Of a DNA stretch of 64,000 nt, positions 22,415 through 35,800 are shown one piece after another. Source of the DNA: Macrostomum lignano (Eukaryota); assembly GCA_002269645.1 (NCBI GenBank), contig NIVC01000740.1, forward strand, positions 124,001 to 188,000, in the 5' to 3' direction. Within the stretch, counting starts at the first letter, position 1. Every line of letters starts with the position of its first letter. A program made the translations under genes and the position numbers. A model generated the notes under the pieces. The model saw only the letters and a list, made by a program, of their open reading frames with translations, did not search any database and had not been told where the DNA came from.

Positions 22415-24105
22415 TATCAAGTGCTGTAATCCTTGGTTTGCCAAGTGCAATAATCCTTGGCTTATCAAGAGCAATAATCCTTTGCTTATCAAGTGCAGTT
22501 ATCCTTGGTTTATCAAGTGCAGTAATCCTTGGTTTATCGAGTGCAGTAATCCTAGGTTTGCCAAGTGCAATAATCCTTGGCTTATTAAGAGCGATATGTC
22601 TTGGTTTATCAAGTGCAGTAATCCTTGGTTTATCGAGTGCAGTAATCCTAGGTTTGCCAAGTGCAATAATCCTTGGCTTATCAAGCGCAGTAATCCTTGG
22701 CTTATCAAGCGCAGTAATCCTTGGTTTATTAAGAGCAATAATCCTTGGTTTATCAAGTGCAGTAATCCTTGGTTTGCTAAGTACAAAAATCCTTAGCTTA
22801 TTAAGAGCAATAATCCTTGGCTTATTAGGAGCAGTAATCCTTGGTTTGCCAAGTGAAATTACCCTTAGCTTATTAAGAGCAATAATCCTTGGTTTATCAA
22901 GTGCAATAATCCTTAGCTTATTAAGAGCGATAATTCTTGGTTTATCAAGTGCAGTAATCCTTTGCCTATCAAGCGCAGTAATCCTTGGTTTATTAAGAGC
23001 AATAATCCTTGGTTTATCAAGAGCAATAATCCTTGGCTTATCAAGAGCGATTTGTCTTGGTTTATCAAGTGCAGTAATCCTTGGTTTGCCAAGTACAAAA
23101 ATCCTTAGCTTATTAAGAGCAATAATCCTTGGCTTATTAGGAGCAGTAATCCTTGGTTTGCCAAGTGCAATATCCCTTAGCTTATTAAGAGCGATAATTC
23201 TTGGTTTATCAAGCGCAGTAATCCTTGATTTGCCAAGCGCAGTAATCCTTGGTTTATCAAGTGCAGTAATCCTTGGTTTGCCAAGTGCAATAATCCTTAG
23301 CTTGTTAAGAGCGATAATCCTTGGTTTATCAAGTGCAGTAGGTTTATCAAGTGCAGTAGGTTTATCAAGTGCAGTAATCCTTGGTTTGCCAAGTGCAAAA
23401 ATCCTTAGCTTATTAAGAGCAATTATCCTTGGCTTATAAAGAGCAATAATCCTGGGTTTATCAAGTGCTATAATCTTTGGTTTATCAAGTGCAGTAATCC
23501 TTGGTTTATTGAGAGCAATTATCCTTAGCTTATTTAGAGCGATAATTCCTGGCTTATCAAGTTCAGTAATCCTTGGCTTATCAAGCGCAGTAATCCTTGG
23601 TTTATTAAGAGCAATAATCATTGGTTTATCAAGTGCAGTAATCTTTGGTTTATTAAGAGCAATAATCCTTGGTTTATCAAGTGCAGTAATCCTTGGCTTA
23701 TTAAGAGCAATAATCCTTGGTTTATCAAGTGCAATAATCCTTGGTTTATCAAGTGCAGTAATCCTTGGTTTATTAAGAGCAAAAATTCTTGGTTTATCAA
23801 GTGCAGTAATCCTTTGCCTATCAAGTGCAGTAATCCTTGATTTGCCAAGCGCAGTAATCCTTGGTTTATCAAGTGCAGTAGGTTTATCAAGTGCAGTAAT
23901 CCTTGGCCTATTAAGCGAAATAATCCTTATCTTATTATGAGAAATAATCCTTGGCTTATTAAGAGCAGTAATCCTTGGTTTGCAAGTGCAATAATCCTTG
24001 GTTTATCAAGTGCAGTAATCCTTGGTTTATTAAGAGCAATAATCCTTGGTTTATCAAGTGCAGTAATCCTTGGCTAATCAAGTGCAGTAATCCCTGGTTT
24101 ATCAA
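22415..24105. repeat. 24-bp minisatellite (taatccttgg[t/c]ttatcaagtgcag), ~70 copies
   Basis: An 8-residue period shows in the ORF translations (LSSAVILG / ITALDKPR). The array is preceded by a degenerate agatagcaagcatccc repeat at ~22160-22400. Confidence 0.95.
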
Positions 24106-24184
24106 ACACGGTGATCTAAAGGTTTTTAATTAGTCTTTTAATAAAAGCTTTCAATAAAAAAATTACATTACTACTTTTACACTA

Positions 24185-24245
24185 CTTAGATTCGAACCCT
24201 GGTCGCTGCATTAGCAATCCAGTCTATTCAGCTCTAGGCTAGCTC
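24185..24245 (-). other. tRNA-like / tRNA-derived SINE head fragment
   Basis: The minus strand has an A-box-like TAGCCTAGAG, an anticodon-arm-like CTGGA-TTGCTAA-TGCAG (GCT in the anticodon position) and a B-box GGTTCGAATC. Acceptor and T stems are poor, so this is not a functional tRNA. Confidence 0.45.
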
Positions 24246-25484
24246 TAATTGAAGTTATAAATGAATTTGTAGCACTTATATAATTCAACACTCACACATA
24301 ATTCAACAGTCAATTGAGTAAAAGTTACACAAAGCAGTTATGACATAATCAATTTTTTAGGCAAGTCAGTACCAGTCTCTATTAAAGTTAGCATTGTGGT
24401 TAAGCAATATAAATCAAGTATTGTGCTATGCTTCCACACTCAATCTTGTGACGCAATTCAATTGAGTGTCAAAATTCAGCCAGTACACAGACAATAAATA
24501 AAAAGCCTATTGTGATGCAATCTATTTCAGAATCAGAATTAAACCTGTCAGTTTTTTCTCTAGCATTCTTACAACGCCTTTCAAGTTGAAAGAGCTGCTT
24601 GACCTTTGCAAAAAAGCATGTTTTTCGAATATTTAATCCCTTTAGCATCGAGCAATTTCTTAGCCACGATGCATGTACCGTCACGGAATAATTTCTGATC
24701 GAACAGTGCAGGTTCGAAGAAAATCGGTTCAGCCGTTTTTGCTAAAATCGATCACACACACACACACACGCACGCACATACAAACAGACCATTTTTAGTA
24801 TATTAGAATATACCTTTTCCATTGGCTTATTTAGCCAGCTTAGGAGATTCTTTAAGGTGATAGCAATTTTTACTTGTTTGTTTACTTGACTGGTTATAAG
24901 TTTTTTGGATTTGCTCCATTAGGTATAAACAATGAGTCTGTACTGAAACTTTTAGCATCATAAATTTTTAGCACTGTAAAGTTAGTGTAGAAATATTTTT
25001 TGATTTTGTTACTTTTTGAGTTATGGCAATTAGTACCCTAGTTTCCAAATTGGCACACTGTGATTCTGATGCGAAAAAATGCATTTAGTACATAGTATCT
25101 GCTACTAAAGTAATGTTAACCTTAAAAATTAACATAGTGCAAGAGGTTTTTTAGGTATTTTGGTAAAATGCTTTTTGCAACGTTTGTCCCATCATCACAA
25201 CTAGTAGCAAAGTTTTTTGATAAAAGATTTCAAAATGAACCAAATGAAAAGATTTTTAAGCTGAAGAAGTGAAAAGCTTCTGTCTCTAGTGTATCTTACA
25301 GTGAAAACCAGCCTCCTTAACATTTTCCGAGAAACAGTTCCTGTCCTACTTAAGTAGTCCTTAGGTGTATAGCAGCCTTTTTTGAATTTCTCATCTTCAC
25401 TTATGTACACTGTTCCTATGCGTTGGCCTGGTTGATGCAAAATTAAATGGTTGGTAACAATAAGAAATTTATTATTTAACCTTG

Positions 25485-26515
25485 ATGAAGCGCACACCAG
25501 ACACTAATCATGCTGGAAAGGGTGATTTCACTACAGTCTATCCAGCCAGCGAGGACAGCTTTCTGTTCCTTGACTGTCTGGACTCTCAGGCTGATTATCT
25601 GAGACAGAAGCTCAAGCCTAGCGTGTCTGTTGAAATTGGATGCGGTAGCGGTGTGATCAGTGCCCACTTGGTTCAGCATGTCCTTAGCGACAGCAGTGGT
25701 GTTAGCGGTAGTTCCTGCGCTTGCCTGTGCACTGATCTGAACCCAGCTGCCGCACTGTGTACTGCAGTCACCTGCTGTCAGCTGATGCCTGTGGCCTCTG
25801 ATCTTGCTGGCTGTCTTCGTTCTGGGTGAGTTCCGTTTCCACTAATTATAGATGTGTGAGTTTTCTCTTCAGACGCCTAAGCTCGGCTTAGTCTAAAAGT
25901 TTACAGCATCCTCAGTTGCTGGGCCAGCCTCTCAGATCCTCAGTTGCTGGGCCAGCCTCTCAGATCCTCAGTTGCTGGGCCAGCCTCTCAGATCCTCAGT
26001 TGCTGGGCCAGCCTCCCAGATCCTCAGTTGCTGGGCCAGCCTCCCAGATCCTCAGTTGCTGGGCCAGCCTCTCAGATCCTCAGTTGCTGGGCCAGCCTCC
26101 CAGATCCTCAGTTGCTGGGCCAGCCTCCCAGATCCTCATTTGCTGGGCCAGCCTCCCAGAGTGTCAGTTGCTGGGCCAGCCTCCCAGATCTTCAGTTGCT
26201 GGGCCAGCCTCCCAGATCCTCAGTTGCTGGGCCAGCCTCCCAGATCTTCAGTTGCTGGGCCAGCCTCCCAGATCCTCAGTTGCTGGGCCAGCCTCCCAGA
26301 TCTTCAGTTGCTGGGCCAGCCTCCCAGATCTTCAGTTGCTGGGCCAGCCTCCCAGATCTTCAGTTGCTGGCCGATAGTCGAAAGACCTATTATTGTATTA
26401 TTTATAAAGACTATAAAGTATCATTATAAAGACTGTATCGCCATCTCATGCCATCCCAGCTGTGCTGACCTGGTTCTGGCCAATCCGCCCTACGTGCCCA
26501 CGCCAGACGATGAAG
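25485..26515 (+). CDS. N6AMT1: N6AMT1/HEMK2 eRF1 glutamine methyltransferase, 5' exons only (partial)
   Basis: Exon 25485-25825 (TP..H...F..VYPASEDSFLFLD, EIGCGSG, TDLNP) has donor gtgagt. Exon 26460-26515 (acceptor atcccag) encodes G-CADLVLANPPYVPTPDDE with the NPPY motif, and runs straight into the N gap. Confidence 0.88.
25907..26370. repeat. 28-bp minisatellite in N6AMT1 intron 1 (cagttgctgggccagcctcccagatc[c/t]t), ~16 copies
   Basis: Direct tandem copies; three staggered ORFs start 28 bp apart. Confidence 0.95.
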
Positions 26516-26815
26516 NNNNNNNNNNNNNNNNNNNNNNNNNNNNNNNNNNNNNNNNNNNNNNNNNNNNNNNNNNNNNNNNNNNNNNNNNNNNNNNNNNNNN
26601 NNNNNNNNNNNNNNNNNNNNNNNNNNNNNNNNNNNNNNNNNNNNNNNNNNNNNNNNNNNNNNNNNNNNNNNNNNNNNNNNNNNNNNNNNNNNNNNNNNNN
26701 NNNNNNNNNNNNNNNNNNNNNNNNNNNNNNNNNNNNNNNNNNNNNNNNNNNNNNNNNNNNNNNNNNNNNNNNNNNNNNNNNNNNNNNNNNNNNNNNNNNN
26801 NNNNNNNNNNNNNNN
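26516..26815. other. Assembly gap (300 N)
   Basis: Run of N. Confidence 1.
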
Positions 26816-29800
26816 GATTGCTAATCTAGCCTATCATGGATGCAGGAATAGAATGGATTGCTAATCTAGCCTATCATGGATGCAGGAATATAATGGATTG
26901 CTAATCTAGCCTATCATGGATGCAGGAATATGGATTGCTAATCTAGCCTATCATGGTGCAGGAATAGAATGGATTGCTAATCTAGCCTATCATGGGTGCA
27001 GGAATAGAATGGATTGCTAATCTAGCCTATCATGGATGCAGGAATAGAATGGATTGCTAATCTAGCCTATCATGGATGCAGGAATAGAATGGATTGCTAA
27101 TCTAGCCTATCATGATGCAGGAATAGAATGGATTGCTAATCTAGCCTATCATGGATGCAGGAATAGAATGGATTGCTAATCTAGCCTATCATGGATGCAG
27201 GAATAAATGGATTGCTAATCTAGCCTATCATGGATGCAGGAATAGAATGGATTGCTAATCTAGCCTATCATGGATGCAGGAATAGAATGGATTGCTAATC
27301 TAGCCTATCATGGATGCAGGAATATAATGGATTGCTAATCTAGCCTATCATGGATGCAGGAATAGAATGGATTGCTAATCTAGCCTATCATGGATGCAGG
27401 AATAGAATGGATTGCTAATCTAGCCTATCATGGATGCAGGAATAGAAATGGATTGCTAATCTAGCCTATCATGGATGCAGGAATAGAATGGATTGCTAAT
27501 CTAGCCTATCATGGATGCAGGAATATAATGGATTGCTAATCTAGCCTATCATGGATGCAGGAATATAATGGATTGCTAATCTAGCCTATCATGGATGCAG
27601 GAATAGAATGGATTGCTAATCTAGCTATCATGGATGCAGGAATAGAATGGATTGCTAATCTAGCCTATCATGGGTGCAGGAATAGAATGGATTGCTAATC
27701 TAGCCTATCATGGATGCAGGAATAGAATGGATTGCTAATCTAGCCTATCATGGATGCAGGAATAGAATGGATTGCTAATCTAGCCTATCATGGATGCAGG
27801 AATAGAATAATGGATTGCTAATCTAGCCTATCATGGATGCAGGAATAGAATGGATTGCTAATCTAGCCTATCATGGATGCAGGAATAGAATGGATTGCTA
27901 ATCTAGCCTATCATGGATGCAGGAATAGAATGGATTGCTAATCTAGCCTATCATGGATGCAGGAATAGAATGGATTGCTAATCTAGCCTATCATGGATGC
28001 AGGAATAGAATGGATTGCTAATCTAGCCTATCATGGATGCAGGAATAGAATGGATTGCTAATCTAGCCTATCATGGATGCAGGAATAGAATGGATTGCTA
28101 ATCTAGCCTATCATGGATGCAGGAATAGAATGGATTGCTAATCTAGCCTATCATGGATGCAGGAATAGAATGGATTGCTAATCTAGCCTATCATGGATGC
28201 AGGAATAGAATGGATTGCTAATCTAGCCTATCATGGATGCAGGAATAGAATGGATTGCTAATCTAGCCTATCATGGATGCAGGAATAGAATGGATTGCTA
28301 ATCTAGCCTATCATGGATGCAGGAATAGAATGGATTGCTAATCTAGCCTATCATGGATGCAGGAATAGAATGGATTGCTAATCTAGCCTATCATGGATGC
28401 AGGAATAGAATGGATTGCTAATCTAGCCTATCATGGATGCAGGAATAGAATGGATTGCTAATCTAGCCTATCATGGATGCAGAGGAAAGAAGAATGACTA
28501 GCCTATCATGCAGGAATAGAATGGATTGCTAATCTAGCCTATCATGGTGCAGGAATAGAATGGATTGCTAATCTAGCCTATCATGGATGCAGGAATAGAA
28601 TGGATTGCTAATCTAGCCTATCATGGATGCAGGAATAGAATGGATTGCTAATCTAGCCTATCATGGATGCAGGAATAGAATGGATTGCTAATCTAGCCTA
28701 TCATGGATGCAGGAATAGAATGGATTGCTAATCTAGCCTATCATGGATGCAGGAATAGAATGGATTGCTAATCTAGCCTATCATGGATGCAGGAATAGAA
28801 TGGATTGCTAATCTAGCCTATCATGGATGCAGGAATAGAATGGATTGCTAATCTAGCCTATCATGGATGCAGGAATAGAATGGATTGCTAATCTAGCCTA
28901 TCATGGATGCAGGAATAGAATGGATTGCTAATCTAGCCTATCATGGATGCAGGAATAGAATGGATTGCTAATCTAGCCTATCATGGATGCAGGAATAGAA
29001 TGGATTGCTAATCTAGCCTATCATGGATGCAGGAATAGAATGGATTGCTAATCTAGCCTATCATGGATGCAGGAATAGAATGGATTGCTAATCTAGCCTA
29101 TCATGGATGCAGGAATAGAATGGATTGCTAATCTAGCCTATCATGGATGCAGGAATAGAATGGATTGCTAATCTAGCCTATCATGGATGCAGGAATAGAA
29201 TGGATTGCTAATCTAGCCTATCATGGATGCAGGAATAGAATGGATTGCTAATCTAGCCTATCATGGATGCAGGAATAGAATGGATTGCTAATCTAGCCTA
29301 TCATGGATGCAGGAATAGAATGGATTGCTAATCTAGCCTATCATGGATGCAGGAATAGAATGGATTGCTAATCTAGCCTATCATGGATGCAGGAATAGAA
29401 TGGATTGCTAATCTAGCCTATCATGGTGCAGGAATAGAATGGATTGCTAATCTAGCCTATCATGGATGCAGGAATAGAATGGATTGCTAATCTAGCCTAT
29501 CATGGATGCAGGAATAGAATGGATTGCTAATCTAGCCTATCATGGATGCAGGAATAGAATGGATTGCTAATCTAGCCTATCATGGATGCAGGAATAGAAT
29601 GGATTGCTAATCTAGCCTATCATGGATGCAGGAATAGAATGGATTGCTAATCTAGCCTATCATGGATGCAGGAATAGAATGGATTGCTAATCTAGCCTAT
29701 CATGGATGCAGGAATAGAATGGATTGCTAATCTAGCCTATCATGGATGCAGGAATAGAATGGATTGCTAATCTAGCCTATCATGGATGCAGGAATAGAAT

Positions 29801-32800
29801 GGATTGCTAATCTAGCCTATCATGGATGCAGGAATAGAATGGATTGCTAATCTAGCCTATCATGGATGCAGGAATAGAATGGATTGCTAATCTAGCCTAT
29901 CATGGATGCAGGAATAGAATGGATTGCTAATCTAGCCTATCATGGATGCAGGAATAGAATGGATTGCTAATCTAGCCTATCATGGATGCAGGAATAGAAT
30001 GGATTGCTAATCTAGCCTATCATGGATGCAGGAATAGAATGGATTGCTAATCTAGCCTATCATGGATGCAGGAATAGAATGGATTGCTAATCTAGCCTAT
30101 CATGGATGCAGGAATAGAATGGATTGCTAATCTAGCCTATCATGGATGCAGGAATAGAATGGATTGCTAATCTAGCCTATCATGGATGCAGGAATAGAAT
30201 GGATTGCTAATCTAGCCTATCATGGATGCAGGAATAGAATGGATTGCTAATCTAGCCTATCATGGATGCAGGAATAGAATGGATTGCTAATCTAGCCTAT
30301 CATGGATGCAGGAATAGAATGGATTGCTAATCTAGCCTATCATGGATGCAGGAATAGAATGGATTGCTAATCTAGCCTATCATGGATGCAGGAATAGAAT
30401 GGATTGCTAATCTAGCCTATCATGGATGCAGGAATAGAATGGATTGCTAATCTAGCCTATCATGGATGCAGGAATAGAATGGATTGCTAATCTAGCCTAT
30501 CATGGATGCAGGAATAGAATGGATTGCTAATCTAGCCTATCATGGATGCAGGAATAGAATGGATTGCTAATCTAGCCTATCATGGATGCAGGAATAGAAT
30601 GGATTGCTAATCTAGCCTATCATGGATGCAGGAATAGAATGGATTGCTAATCTAGCCTATCATGGATGCAGGAATAGAATGGATTGCTAATCTAGCCTAT
30701 CATGGATGCAGGAATAGAATGGATTGCTAATCTAGCCTATCATGGATGCAGGAATAGAATGGATTGCTAATCTAGCCTATCATGGATGCAGGAATAGAAT
30801 GGATTGCTAATCTAGCCTATCATGGATGCAGGAATAGAATGGATTGCTAATCTAGCCTATCATGGATGCAGGAATAGAATGGATTGCTAATCTAGCCTAT
30901 CATGGATGCAGGAATAGAATGGATTGCTAATCTAGCCTATCATGGATGCAGGAATAGAATGGATTGCTAATCTAGCCTATCATGGATGCAGGAATAGAAT
31001 GGATTGCTAATCTAGCCTATCATGGATGCAGGAATAGAATGGATTGCTAATCTAGCCTATCATGGATGCAGGAATAGAATGGATTGCTAATCTAGCCTAT
31101 CATGGATGCAGGAATAGAATGGATTGCTAATCTAGCCTATCATGGATGCAGGAATAGAATGGATTGCTAATCTAGCCTATCATGGATGCAGGAATAGAAT
31201 GGATTGCTAATCTAGCCTATCATGGATGCAGGAATAGAATGGATTGCTAATCTAGCCTATCATGGATGCAGGAATAGAATGGATTGCTAATCTAGCCTAT
31301 CATGGATGCAGGAATAGAATGGATTGCTAATCTAGCCTATCATGGATGCAGGAATAGAATGGATTGCTAATCTAGCCTATCATGGATGCAGGAATAGAAT
31401 GGATTGCTAATCTAGCCTATCATGGATGCAGGAATAGAATGGATTGCTAATCTAGCCTATCATGGATGCAGGAATAGAATGGATTGCTAATCTAGCCTAT
31501 CATGGATGCAGGAATAGAATGGATTGCTAATCTAGCCTATCATGGATGCAGGAATAGAATGGATTGCTAATCTAGCCTATCATGGATGCAGGAATAGAAT
31601 GGATTGCTAATCTAGCCTATCATGGATGCAGGAATAGAATGGATTGCTAATCTAGCCTATCATGGATGCAGGAATAGAATGGATTGCTAATCTAGCCTAT
31701 CATGGATGCAGGAATAGAATGGATTGCTAATCTAGCCTATCATGGATGCAGGAATAGAATGGATTGCTAATCTAGCCTATCATGGATGCAGGAATAGAAT
31801 GGATTGCTAATCTAGCCTATCATGGATGCAGGAATAGAATGGATTGCTAATCTAGCCTATCATGGATGCAGGAATAGAATGGATTGCTAATCTAGCCTAT
31901 CATGGATGCAGGAATAGAATGGATTGCTAATCTAGCCTATCATGGATGCAGGAATAGAATGGATTGCTAATCTAGCCTATCATGGATGCAGGAATAGAAT
32001 GGATTGCTAATCTAGCCTATCATGGATGCAGGAATAGAATGGATTGCTAATCTAGCCTATCATGGATGCAGGAATAGAATGGATTGCTAATCTAGCCTAT
32101 CATGGATGCAGGAATAGAATGGATTGCTAATCTAGCCTATCATGGATGCAGGAATAGAATGGATTGCTAATCTAGCCTATCATGGATGCAGGAATAGAAT
32201 GGATTGCTAATCTAGCCTATCATGGATGCAGGAATAGAATGGATTGCTAATCTAGCCTATCATGGATGCAGGAATAGAATGGATTGCTAATCTAGCCTAT
32301 CATGGATGCAGGAATAGAATGGATTGCTAATCTAGCCTATCATGGATGCAGGAATAGAATGGATTGCTAATCTAGCCTATCATGGATGCAGGAATAGAAT
32401 GGATTGCTAATCTAGCCTATCATGGATGCAGGAATAGAATGGATTGCTAATCTAGCCTATCATGGATGCAGGAATAGAATGGATTGCTAATCTAGCCTAT
32501 CATGGATGCAGGAATAGAATGGATTGCTAATCTAGCCTATCATGGATGCAGGAATAGAATGGATTGCTAATCTAGCCTATCATGGATGCAGGAATAGAAT
32601 GGATTGCTAATCTAGCCTATCATGGATGCAGGAATAGAATGGATTGCTAATCTAGCCTATCATGGATGCAGGAATAGAATGGATTGCTAATCTAGCCTAT
32701 CATGGATGCAGGAATAGAATGGATTGCTAATCTAGCCTATCATGGATGCAGGAATAGAATGGATTGCTAATCTAGCCTATCATGGATGCAGGAATAGAAT

Positions 32801-35800
32801 GGATTGCTAATCTAGCCTATCATGGATGCAGGAATAGAATGGATTGCTAATCTAGCCTATCATGGATGCAGGAATAGAATGGATTGCTAATCTAGCCTAT
32901 CATGGATGCAGGAATAGAATGGATTGCTAATCTAGCCTATCATGGATGCAGGAATAGAATGGATTGCTAATCTAGCCTATCATGGATGCAGGAATAGAAT
33001 GGATTGCTAATCTAGCCTATCATGGATGCAGGAATAGAATGGATTGCTAATCTAGCCTATCATGGATGCAGGAATAGAATGGATTGCTAATCTAGCCTAT
33101 CATGGATGCAGGAATAGAATGGATTGCTAATCTAGCCTATCATGGATGCAGGAATAGAATGGATTGCTAATCTAGCCTATCATGGATGCAGGAATAGAAT
33201 GGATTGCTAATCTAGCCTATCATGGATGCAGGAATAGAATGGATTGCTAATCTAGCCTATCATGGATGCAGGAATAGAATGGATTGCTAATCTAGCCTAT
33301 CATGGATGCAGGAATAGAATGGATTGCTAATCTAGCCTATCATGGATGCAGGAATAGAATGGATTGCTAATCTAGCCTATCATGGATGCAGGAATAGAAT
33401 GGATTGCTAATCTAGCCTATCATGGATGCAGGAATAGAATGGATTGCTAATCTAGCCTATCATGGATGCAGGAATAGAATGGATTGCTAATCTAGCCTAT
33501 CATGGATGCAGGAATAGAATGGATTGCTAATCTAGCCTATCATGGATGCAGGAATAGAATGGATTGCTAATCTAGCCTATCATGGATGCAGGAATAGAAT
33601 GGATTGCTAATCTAGCCTATCATGGATGCAGGAATAGAATGGATTGCTAATCTAGCCTATCATGGATGCAGGAATAGAATGGATTGCTAATCTAGCCTAT
33701 CATGGATGCAGGAATAGAATGGATTGCTAATCTAGCCTATCATGGGTGCAGGAATAGAATGGATTGCTAATCTAGCCTATCATGGTGCAGGAATAGAATG
33801 GATTGCTAATCTAGCCTATCATGGATGCAGGAATAGAATGGATTGCTAATCTAGCCTATCATGGATGCAGGAATAGAATGGATTGCTAATCTAGCCTATC
33901 ATGGATGCAGGAATAGAATGGATTGCTAATCTAGCCTATCATGGATGCAGGAATAGAATGGATTGCTAATCTAGCCTATCATGGGTGCAGGAATAGAATG
34001 GATTGCTAATCTAGCCTATCATGGGCAGGAATAGAATGATTGCTAATCTAGCCTATCATGGGTGCAGGAATAGAATGGATTGCTAATCTAGCCTATCATG
34101 GTGCAGGAATAGAATGATTGCTAATCTAGCCTATCATGGGTGCAGGAATAGAATGGATTGCTAATCTAGCCTATCATGGATGCAGGAATAGAATGGATTG
34201 CTAATCTAGCCTATCATGGATGCAGGAATAGAATGGATTGCTAATCTAGCCTATCATGGATGCAGGAATAGAATGGATTGCTAATCTAGCCTATCATGGG
34301 TGCAGGAATAGAATGGATTGCTAATCTAGCCTATCATGGGTGCAGGAATAGAATGGATTGCTAATCTAGCCTATCATGGATGCAGGAATAGAATGGATTG
34401 CTAATCTAGCCTATCATGGATGCAGGAATAGAATGGATTGCTAATCTAGCCTATCATGGATGCAGGAATAGAATGGATTGCTAATCTAGCCTATCATGGA
34501 TGCAGGAATAGAATGGATTGCTAATCTAGCCTATCATGGTGCAGGAATAGAATGGATTGCTAATCTAGCCTATCATGGATGCAGGAATAGAATGGATTGC
34601 TAATCTAGCCTATCATGGATGCAGGAATAGAATGGATTGCTAATCTAGCCTATCATGGATGCAGGAATAGAATGGATTGCTAATCTAGCCTATCATGGAT
34701 GCAGGAATAGAATGGATTGCTAATCTAGCCTATCATGGATGCAGGAATAGAATGGATTGCTAATCTAGCCTATCATGGTTGCAGGAATAGAATGGATTGC
34801 TAATCTAGCCTATCATGGTGCAGGAATAGAATGGATTGCTAATCTAGCCTATCATGGTGCAGGAATAGAATGGATTGCTAATCTAGCCTATCATGGGTGC
34901 AGGAATAGAATGGATTGCTAATCTAGCCTATCATGGGAGCAGGAATAGAATGGATTGCTAATCTAGCCTATCATGGATGAAGGAATAGAATGGATTGCTA
35001 ATCTAGCCTATCATGGATGAAGGAATAGAATGGATTGCTAATCTAGCCTATCATGGATGAAGGAACAGAATGGATTGCTAATCTAGCCTATCATGGATGA
35101 AGGAATAGAATGGATTGCTAATCTAGCCTATCATGGATGAAGGAATAGAATAGATTGCTAATCTAGCCTATCATGGATGAAGGAATAGAATGGATTGCTA
35201 ATCTAGCCTATCATGGATGAAGGAATAGAATGGATTGCTAATCTAGCCTATCATGGATGCAGGAATAGAATGGATTGCTAATCTAGCCTATCATGGATGA
35301 AGGAATAGAATGGATTGCTAATCTAGCCTATCATGGATGCAGGAATAGAATGGATTGCTAATCTAGCCTATCATGGATGAAGGAATAGAATGGATTGCTA
35401 ATCTAGCCTATCATGGATGAGGAATAGAATGGATTGCTAATCTAGCCTATCATGGATGAAGGAATAGAATGGATTGCTAATCTAGCCTATCATGGATGAA
35501 GGAATAGAATGGATTGCTAATCTAGCCTATCATGGATGAAGGAATAGAATGGATTGCTAATCTAGCCTATCATGGATGCAGGAATAGAATGGATTGCTAA
35601 TCTAGCCTATCATGGATGAAGGAATAGAATGGATTGCTAATCTAGCCTATCATGGATGCAGGAATAGAATGGATTGCTAATCTAGCCTATCATGGATGAA
35701 GGAATAGAATGGATTGCTAATCTAGCCTATCATGGATGAAGGAATAGAATGGATTGCTAATCTAGCCTATCATGGATGAAGGAATAGAATGGATTGCTAA

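Larger units (their letters stand above)
21698..24807 (-). mobile_element. Probable non-autonomous Helitron carrying an internal tandem array
   Basis: On the minus strand the 5' end reads TCTAATATACTAAAAATGGTCTGTTTGTATG(TG)n...AAAACGGCTGAACCGATTTT, the style of Helitron-N 5' ends. The 3' end has a GC hairpin gccaccccGAAggggggc (21728-21711), then 9 nt, then CTAG followed by T (21701-21697). Pairing the two ends as one element is inferred. Confidence 0.45.

Noticed and set aside
22155-23940. Long ORFs (488, 333, 143 aa) on both strands
   Set aside because: Translations of the 24-bp minisatellite; open on both strands with no unique domain.
24185-24245. Functional tRNA-Ser gene
   Set aside because: Acceptor and T stems do not pair and there is no long variable arm; kept only as a tRNA-like relic.
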